64,000 bases of DNA from NCBI GenBank assembly GCA_944362615.1, contig CALVTM010000005.1, forward strand, positions 22,043-86,042, read 5' to 3'. This stretch comes from an uncultured Clostridia bacterium (GTDB lineage Bacteria > Bacillota > Clostridia > Christensenellales > Pumilibacteraceae). Below, piece by piece: positions 21,046 through 27,377 of this stretch. The position numbers and the translations under genes were made by a program. Below the pieces are notes generated by a model. It saw only the letters and a program-made list of their open reading frames with translations. It did no database searches and was not told the origin of the DNA. How positions within the stretch are numbered: position 1 is the stretch's first letter; the number at the start of each line of letters is the position of its first letter.

Positions 21046-21990
21046 ATGATCATGGACGTTATCGCTCAACGCACTTTCGGTCTGTCGTATATCATACTCG
21101 ATTCGGTGTTTATTCTGATATTTCTCGCGCTCCTTTTTATGACGCGGAGGCGGCTTACTTTTCTTTGGGCTATCGCCGGCGGCGTTCTGTACTTCATTGT
21201 GGATTACGGCATTTTTCACCTGCTGACAGGCTCACGCCATATAGGCACGATAGCGGCGGACGGCACTTTCACCCCCGGCGGCGAAAGTATGATGTTCTGG
21301 GTACTGATGTGGATGTCGCTCAGTTACGGCATCACTAATTTTGCGTGGATATGGCTTTGCCTTAAAAAGGACAGGCACATAGCCGAGTGGACCGCGCTTA
21401 TATTTATATGGTGGATAGTATGCCCTATCCTTGACGACGCTTTGTCTTCCGGTAAGCAGATCATGATCTGGCGCGAAACCGGTGAGTATCACTGGTTCAT
21501 GGCGGTCTTCCTCGCTGTCAGTTATTTCGCCGTTATTGCCTGGAACCTGTTTCAGCGCTCCCCCGCGCGGAGAATGCGTTTGCCCTGGCTTTTCGCAATA
21601 GGCGTTGCCGTACAGTTCGGCTGGGAGTTTACACTTCTTCTCGGCGGTGTGCGCAGCGGAGGTATGGAGCTGTCCGAACAGCTCCGCGTGCTTACCGTGA
21701 ACTCGCTCATGGAAACTAACCTCGGCATGCCGGCTATCTACTGCATTTATCTCGCGGTTACGTCGCGGTTCTGCGAAACGCTCGCCCCGCGGCAGAGCAT
21801 AACGATCATTCAGCGGCTCGAAGAAAACAATGCGCAAAGATACCGGGCTGTTCCTGCCGCGTCCGTTCCCGGTGTTCCTTCCCCGGCACAGTCCGTCGAG
21901 GCTTCCCCGGTCTCATCCGACGCTCCCGGACTTACCGAGCAGGAGCTTGCCGATACTCCCCGCGCGGCGGAGCATGATGATATTAAATGA
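21046..21990 (+). CDS. Trp-rich polytopic membrane protein, unknown family
   Basis: 314 aa, about 7-8 hydrophobic helices and a disordered Pro/Ser/Ala tail. The likely true start is ATG 21052 (GGGAGG 8 nt upstream). The stop overlaps the next start (ATGA). Confidence 0.6.
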   Translation: MIMDVIAQRTFGLSYIILDSVFILIFLALLFMTRRRLTFLWAIAGGVLYFIVDYGIFHLLTGSRHIGTIAADGTFTPGGESMMFWVLMWMSLSYGITNFAWIWLCLKKDRHIAEWTALIFIWWIVCPILDDALSSGKQIMIWRETGEYHWFMAVFLAVSYFAVIAWNLFQRSPARRMRLPWLFAIGVAVQFGWEFTLLLGGVRSGGMELSEQLRVLTVNSLMETNLGMPAIYCIYLAVTSRFCETLAPRQSITIIQRLEENNAQRYRAVPAASVPGVPSPAQSVEASPVSSDAPGLTEQELADTPRAAEHDDIK

Positions 21991-22835
21991 TAAGAAAGTT
22001 TATAGCGCGGCAGGTTTGCCGCATGATGGGAAAAAATGACGCGAAAAGCGAAAGCGGCCGCGTCCTGCCCGGCGGTATCGATATAGTCAGGGATATTCCC
22101 GCGCCCGGCGGCTGCGCGTACGATCTGTACTCGCCTTACGGCGTTTGCGATCTTCCGCTTATTGTCGATGTACACGGCGGAGGTCTGATGTACGGTCACA
22201 AAGGTCTGAACAGGCGCTTATGCTGCGCACTTGCCGCGCTCGGCTTCAATGTTGCGGACGTTGAATACCGTCTCGCGCCCGAAGCGGACTTTGACGTTAT
22301 GATACGCGATGTCTGCGCCGCGGTCAAAGCGGCGCACGAACGTTGCGGAGGACAGCTGTTCCTCGCCGGCGACAGTGCCGGTGCGCTCCTTGCGCTTATT
22401 GCCGATGCGGCGGCAGTGTGCGATCAGGTAAGAGAGGCTTTCGAGCTCGGTTCCGCCGATGTCGGTTGCGGCGCGTCCGGGCTTTTTCTCATTTCCGGTA
22501 TGTATGTATTCGCGAAACGCGGTGTGCGCGCTATTGCCGGGCTTTCCGTCGGCAAAGGCGATTGGCTGAAGTATACCCGCATGCCTGTGCTGCTCGATGT
22601 CTATACCCCGCCGCGCCTGTTCATGACAAGCAGCGGAAGCGATTTCCTTAAGCGCGCCTCCCTGCGCTTTGACCGATTACTTACTCTCCGCGCCCTGCCG
22701 CACATATTCGATTACAAGGCAAAAGACTGCAACGGACACAAGTATGCCCACGTATACCCCGTGCGCGATCCTGAATGGCAGGAGTCCGCCGATCTGCTCC
22801 GCCGCGCCGCCGCGTACCTCGTGCGCGGCTTGTAA
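21987..22835 (+). CDS. alpha/beta hydrolase, hormone-sensitive-lipase-type esterase
   Basis: 282 aa. Oxyanion HGGG motif (VDVHGGGLMYGH) and nucleophile GDSAG (LAGDSAGA). Confidence 0.8.
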   Translation: MIRKFIARQVCRMMGKNDAKSESGRVLPGGIDIVRDIPAPGGCAYDLYSPYGVCDLPLIVDVHGGGLMYGHKGLNRRLCCALAALGFNVADVEYRLAPEADFDVMIRDVCAAVKAAHERCGGQLFLAGDSAGALLALIADAAAVCDQVREAFELGSADVGCGASGLFLISGMYVFAKRGVRAIAGLSVGKGDWLKYTRMPVLLDVYTPPRLFMTSSGSDFLKRASLRFDRLLTLRALPHIFDYKAKDCNGHKYAHVYPVRDPEWQESADLLRRAAAYLVRGL

Positions 22836-22843
22836 GCCGGCGC

Positions 22844-22893
22844 GTGGGTTGGTTGGTGGTGTGTGTGGTGGGTGGTGGGTGGTGGGAATGGGA
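22844..22893 (+). repeat. GT-rich microsatellite containing a canonical G-quadruplex motif
   Basis: The tract reads GTGGGTTGGTTGGTGGTGTGTGTGGTGGGTGGTGGGTGGTGGGAATGGGA. GGG runs lie at 22870-72, 22877-79, 22884-86 and 22890-92, with loops of 4, 4 and 3 nt. Confidence 0.85.
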
Positions 22894-22993
22894 GTTCTTT
22901 CGGGGGAAAACCTTTCTTTCGAAAAAGAACGGTTTTCCCCCGACCCCCCCTTTCCAAAGAAACTTTCACTAAGTTATACCCTTTTTTATTGTT
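22894..22993 (+). repeat. 100-bp core, perfect inverted duplicate of 56695-56794, containing a long hairpin
   Basis: Hand alignment of 22894-22993 with the reverse complement of 56695-56794 shows no mismatch. The hairpin at 22900-22943 has arms GGGGGAAAACC/GGTTTTCCCCC plus TTCTTT/AAAGAA and a CGAA loop. A C7T3 tract follows. Confidence 0.85.
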
Positions 22994-23230
22994 GCTTTAT
23001 CGCTCGAGCAGGCTACACCTTTTTCGGCAAAAACTTTTAACCGCTTTCCGAAAATTTACAATAAATTATACCTTTTTTATTGCTGCTTTATCGCCCGAGC
23101 AGGCTACACACCTTTTTCGGCAAAAACTTTTAACCGCTTTCCGAAAATTTACAATAAATTATACCTTTTTTATTGTTGCTTTATCGCCCGAGCAGGCTAC
23201 ACCTTTTTCGGCAGAAACTTTTGACTCCTT
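22974..23230 (+). repeat. tandem repeat, about 92-93-bp unit x about 2.8
   Basis: The unit-start motif TTATACC recurs at 22974, 23066 and 23159. The unit reads TTATACCTTTTTTATTGTTGCTTTATCGCCCGAGCAGGCTACACCTTTTTCGGCAAAAACTTTTAACCGCTTTCCGAAAATTTACAATAAA. Confidence 0.9.
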
Positions 23231-23314
23231 TTTAAAGTAACTTACTCCGATTTATGCCCTTTTCTAAATTGCATTATTTCATCTGCGAAATTATAAGAAT
23301 TTGTACTTTTCAGA

Positions 23315-23357
23315 ATGAAAAAAGTGAAACTCCGTCAAAGGAATTTCACTTTTTGTT
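23315..23357. terminator. bidirectional terminator-like hairpin downstream of the histidine kinase gene
   Basis: AAAAAAGTGAAAC...ATTTCACTTTTTG: a 7-9-bp stem flanked by an A-run and a T-run. Confidence 0.55.
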
Positions 23358-23374
23358 TTAAGATCATAGCGGCG

Positions 23375-24970
23375 TCAGACGATCGGAAGTTCAAACCAGA
23401 AAGTAGAGCCGACGTACTTTTCGCTTTCGACGCCGAAAGTCGTTTTATGCAGTTCGAGTATGGATTTGACTATGCTGAGACCGAGTCCGCTTCCGACAAT
23501 GCGGCGCTTATCCTGTGCAAGGCGGTAATATTTGTCCCAGACGGTTTTGAGTTCCTCTTCCGTCATGCCCTTACCCGTATCCTCGACTTCGACGCGGGCG
23601 ACGTTATCCCTGAGATAGCAGCGCACGGTCACGAGTTTATCCTTACCCGTATAGTTGAGCGCATTACCGATGAGGTTATATATGACGCGGTCTATCTTTT
23701 CCGCATCGCCGCGGACTATAAGCTCCGGAGTTATTTCCGAAACAAACTTGTAACCCTTCGCCTCTTCCATTATTCCGAAACGGGCTATCGTTTCCGTGAC
23801 TCTTGCGGAAAGATCGAACACGGACGGATTGAGCTGCATTACGCCAGACTCAAGTTTGCTCAGTTCTACTACTTCATTGATGAGCGCGGTAAGACGTTCT
23901 GTTTCATCTATTATGACCTGAGCCTGGTGCGCCGCTTTTTCCTTATTTCCGCCCGACAGATCGCGTATCATTTCAGAGTATGCGCGTATCATCGTAAGCG
24001 GCGTTTTCATATCATGCGAAACGTTCGCAAGCAGGTCGCGGCGGAACCGGTTGTTTTTCTCCGCCTCGTTGAACGCATAGTTTATTGCGGACGACAGTTC
24101 GTTGATCTCGGAAAATTTCGTATTTGTCGGCAGCTGCTTATTCTTTCCGCCCCGCTTTGCACTTACCTTTTCGGCAAGCTCTTTCATCGGCTTTGCCGCC
24201 GCTCCCGATCCGAAAAATGCAACAACGGCTGTCGCTATGAGTCCCGCTATCGTAATTATCGTAAGCTGACCTGCCAGAGTGCTCCGCGCATTGTTGAACG
24301 ACGGCAGTTCACTTGAAATATATATATACAGATCATTGCTTATCCCGGCGGAGCTGTCGTATATGCTCGTGCAGTAGCCGTATATGACGAGGCTTTCCTC
24401 CATATCCGTCTGCGACGTCGTATCTTCGACAAACGAAACATTCTGTTTTATGTTTTCAAGGTAGTAATCGAAAAGTTCGTCATCCATTCCCGCCGCCTGC
24501 ACTCCGCTTACGGTCGCAGACAGCACATTGACCGGTTCTCCGTAATCGTCCAGATTGAATGTCATGACGTTTACGTTGTTTTCACCGGCAAAATCGTTAA
24601 TCAGCGTTTCAAGCGTGATTTCCCCCGCGCCGTTGTCTATTGCGGCGATATACTTGGACGTAAAATCTTCGCCTATATTGTATATCCCGTAGCGCTGGAA
24701 AGTGACGTAGAAAGTCGAATAAAAGATTATCTCAAATATCCACACTATGCCGAGAACGAATACCGTCATCAGCAGAAATATAACATACAGATTGAACCTG
24801 ATCGAACGAAAAATTCCGCCTTTCTTTCGCTTTGCTTCCGGCTGCTGTACCTCGACGGTATCCGCAGTCGGTGAAAAAACAAGCCCGTGTTTCCCTTCGG
24901 GCTTGCTTTCTTCGTTTGCGACATTATCCGCACTTACCGTGCTTTTTTCAGAATCTTCATTCATTATCAT
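23375..24970 (-). CDS. sensor histidine kinase (two TM segments, extracytoplasmic domain, HisKA+HATPase_c)
   Basis: 531 aa. H-box SHDMKTPLTMI and G2 box GSGLGLSIV. Confidence 0.9.
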   Translation of the reverse strand: MIMNEDSEKSTVSADNVANEESKPEGKHGLVFSPTADTVEVQQPEAKRKKGGIFRSIRFNLYVIFLLMTVFVLGIVWIFEIIFYSTFYVTFQRYGIYNIGEDFTSKYIAAIDNGAGEITLETLINDFAGENNVNVMTFNLDDYGEPVNVLSATVSGVQAAGMDDELFDYYLENIKQNVSFVEDTTSQTDMEESLVIYGYCTSIYDSSAGISNDLYIYISSELPSFNNARSTLAGQLTIITIAGLIATAVVAFFGSGAAAKPMKELAEKVSAKRGGKNKQLPTNTKFSEINELSSAINYAFNEAEKNNRFRRDLLANVSHDMKTPLTMIRAYSEMIRDLSGGNKEKAAHQAQVIIDETERLTALINEVVELSKLESGVMQLNPSVFDLSARVTETIARFGIMEEAKGYKFVSEITPELIVRGDAEKIDRVIYNLIGNALNYTGKDKLVTVRCYLRDNVARVEVEDTGKGMTEEELKTVWDKYYRLAQDKRRIVGSGLGLSIVKSILELHKTTFGVESEKYVGSTFWFELPIV

Positions 24971-24986
24971 CTATAGTCCGCTGCCG

Positions 24987-25646
24987 TCAAAGCACGAGCT
25001 TGTATCCCACTCCGCGAAGAGTGAGTATCTTATCCCTGTACGGTCCGAGATTGGCGCGCAGCATCTTTATATGCGTATCTACCGTGCGATCCTCGCCGAA
25101 AAAGTCGTATCCCCATACGTCGGCAAGAAGCTGCTCGCGCGGAATGGCTATGCCTTCATTGCGCACGAGATAAAAGAGCAGATCGTACTCTCTCGGAGTA
25201 AGGTATACCTTTTTCCCGTCTACATATACGTTGCGGCCGGCAAGATCTATTTCCAGACCGTCCGAAACTATTTTCTTGTTTGCCGTCTTGCCGCGGCGGA
25301 GCACAGCGCCTATGCGCGCGACAACTTCTTTCGGAGAAAACGGCTTCGTCACATAATCGTCCGCTCCTATCTCGAATCCGAACAGTTTGTCATATTCCTC
25401 ACTGCGCGCACTGAGCATGATAACCGGAACATCCTTATCCTTCTTTATCTCTTTGACAGCGCTGTAACCGTCCAGTTTAGGCATCATAACGTCCATGATT
25501 ATAAGGTCATAATCCTTGGCTTTTGCCTGACGTATCGCGTCCATGCCGTCGACCGCTTCATCGACTTCGTATCCTTCCAACTCCAGGTATTCCCGGAGAA
25601 CCTCCCTTATACCCTGCTCGTCGTCCACTATCAGTATTACTGACAT
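24987..25646 (-). CDS. OmpR-family response regulator
   Basis: 219 aa. Receiver domain (DLIIMDVMMPKLDG) plus winged-helix output (LTPREYDLL...GVGYKL). Confidence 0.9.
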   Translation of the reverse strand: MSVILIVDDEQGIREVLREYLELEGYEVDEAVDGMDAIRQAKAKDYDLIIMDVMMPKLDGYSAVKEIKKDKDVPVIMLSARSEEYDKLFGFEIGADDYVTKPFSPKEVVARIGAVLRRGKTANKKIVSDGLEIDLAGRNVYVDGKKVYLTPREYDLLFYLVRNEGIAIPREQLLADVWGYDFFGEDRTVDTHIKMLRANLGPYRDKILTLRGVGYKLVL

Positions 25647-25691
25647 TTTACGATATCTCCTTTCGAGTGTTCCCTCTTAACGTATACACGG

Positions 25692-26750
25692 TCAAATCAC
25701 CGCGCCTATGGGCGTAAGCGCATAACCTACTATCAGCGCGAACAGTATCAGTCCGCCGATTATCAGTGCGTTTTCGCCCGCCTTTTTGTTTTCTTTGATC
25801 AGTACCGCCATACCCAGTCCCGCATTAACGGAAAGTCCGGCAACGGCTGCCCCCAGCGTAAGTGATCCTCCCGCAAACAGCTCGGTGATCATGACACTGG
25901 ACGCACAATTGGGGATCAGTCCCACAAGTACCGCTATGAGCGGCTGCAGATACTCCCCGCTGTGCATGAACGCCGTAAAGTTTTCCTCTCCGATAAAATA
26001 TATCAGAGTGCCGAGAATAAAGTTGATCACAAACGCAAACAGCGTTATCGTAAGCGTATGGATCAGCGGATGCTTGAAATACTTTTCAAAAACGTTTCCT
26101 TTCTTATCCGAAATATCATGACCGCAGCAACCGTGCTCGTGCGTATGCAGGTATTCGCCGTCATGCTCGTCGTCATGTCCGTCCGGATGCTCATGCTCTT
26201 CCTCATGTTCTTGCCCGTCCGGATGCTCATGTCCTTTCTCCTGTTCGTGTGCGGCGTGCGTGTCGCATTGCTCTTTGGCTTCCGCAACGTCTTCTGCCGC
26301 GGGCGCGCTTGCCCTGACCTCTGCGACGGCTCTGCCGCGCCCGCCCGATACCGGGGATAACGCGTACAGAACATATCCCGCCACAAGCGCCATCACGACT
26401 TTTATACCTATCAGCAGCGCCGTCCTGCCCCAGAGCTCGGGAGTGGTCGCCGCCTCACCGATAAGTATGGGCAAGGCTTCGTCGCTCGTCGCTATGAACA
26501 CCGCAACCAGTGTGCCGACGGAAATATAACGTTTTGCGTACAGTTCGCCTGCCACAACGGAAAACCCGCATTGCGGCAAAAGCGCAAGTCCCGTCCCCAC
26601 AAGGGGCGCAAGCGGCGACTGAAGCAGTCCTCCGCGGCGGAACTTACCCAGTTTCCGCGCTTCGAGGAAACCTATCAGCAAATGCACCGCAAGCAAAAAG
26701 GGGATGAGCAGCGCGGTATCTTTCAGCGCATCTAAAAATACTTCCAACAT
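25692..26750 (-). CDS. 10-TM putative metal-ion exporter (ArsP_2-like) with His-rich cytoplasmic loop
   Basis: 352 aa. Family-typical N-terminus MLEVFLDALKDTALLIPFL. Loop HEQEKGHEHPDGQEHEEEHEHPDGHDDEHDGEYLHTHEHGCCGHD. Confidence 0.55.
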   Translation of the reverse strand: MLEVFLDALKDTALLIPFLLAVHLLIGFLEARKLGKFRRGGLLQSPLAPLVGTGLALLPQCGFSVVAGELYAKRYISVGTLVAVFIATSDEALPILIGEAATTPELWGRTALLIGIKVVMALVAGYVLYALSPVSGGRGRAVAEVRASAPAAEDVAEAKEQCDTHAAHEQEKGHEHPDGQEHEEEHEHPDGHDDEHDGEYLHTHEHGCCGHDISDKKGNVFEKYFKHPLIHTLTITLFAFVINFILGTLIYFIGEENFTAFMHSGEYLQPLIAVLVGLIPNCASSVMITELFAGGSLTLGAAVAGLSVNAGLGMAVLIKENKKAGENALIIGGLILFALIVGYALTPIGAVI

Positions 26751-26892
26751 TGTGTTTTTGAGACCTCTCCCCTTACATTATATTTTATTATAACCGCGCC
26801 CGCTTGTCAAGCCCTTTTTCGCAAATTTCCTCGCCGCAAAGCGCAAACACTGCCATACACGGACGCCTGAATTCGCGTTTTACAGCGCATTG

Positions 26893-27360
26893 TCAGCCCG
26901 TAGAGCCGAAACCGCCCGTGCGCGACGACGACGCGCTGTCGTCATCAGTAAGGCAGTAATTGAGGAATATCCCCTGCGCGAAACCTTTCCCCGCTTCCAC
27001 GACAAGATCGCGCGTGCCGTTATTCGTCATTTTTATCATGATATGCCCTTCATTATCCGCGCCGTAATAATCCGCGTCTATTATGCCGACGGTGTTATCC
27101 AGAGCAAGGCGGTATTTAAATCCCAGCCCGGAGCGCGGGAAGATCGCAAGAAACCTGTCGTTATCCATACGGCAGCGTATACCTGTCGGTACTTTGACCG
27201 TTCCGCCTGCGGGTACGGACAGCGTTACGGGCGCGAAAAAGTCGTAACCTGCGCTTCCCGCCGTTGCCCGCACGGGCAGTTTTATGTTGTCGTATGCGTT
27301 TTCATCACCGCCGTCCGCCAGGTACTGCTCGCGGCTCACCTTCTCAAAACAGTTGCTCAT
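26893..27360 (-). CDS. dut: dUTP diphosphatase
   Basis: Motifs GSAGYDF, GIIDADY and C-terminal GGFGSTG. I trimmed the start to MSNCF (AAGGAGA 5 nt upstream). The track ORF starts at 27381. Confidence 0.85.
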   Translation of the reverse strand: MSNCFEKVSREQYLADGGDENAYDNIKLPVRATAGSAGYDFFAPVTLSVPAGGTVKVPTGIRCRMDNDRFLAIFPRSGLGFKYRLALDNTVGIIDADYYGADNEGHIMIKMTNNGTRDLVVEAGKGFAQGIFLNYCLTDDDSASSSRTGGFGSTG

Positions 27361-27377
27361 AATATCTCCTTTTATCA

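Noticed and set aside
22974-23230. The tandem arrays (also 56500-56716) as CRISPR arrays.
   Set aside because: The units are 92-94 bp and contiguous with no unique spacers. The copies are near-identical along their whole length. No cas genes are in the window.
22712-23240. ORFs inside the composite repeat. One is a short frame (M)KVSLERGGRGKTVLFRKKGFPPKE conserved at both loci (22712-22969 minus; 56719-56982 plus) and followed by His/Thr/Pro-rich tails. The other is a 125-aa frame across the tandem units (22863-23240).
   Set aside because: The conserved part coincides exactly with the 100-bp identical DNA core and runs through the long hairpin. The tails are translations of the variable GT/CA microsatellite and differ completely between copies. 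The start would be a GTG with a poor RBS, and the second copy overlaps the terminator and 3' end of a real gene. I cannot fully exclude a His-rich micro-protein without expression data.
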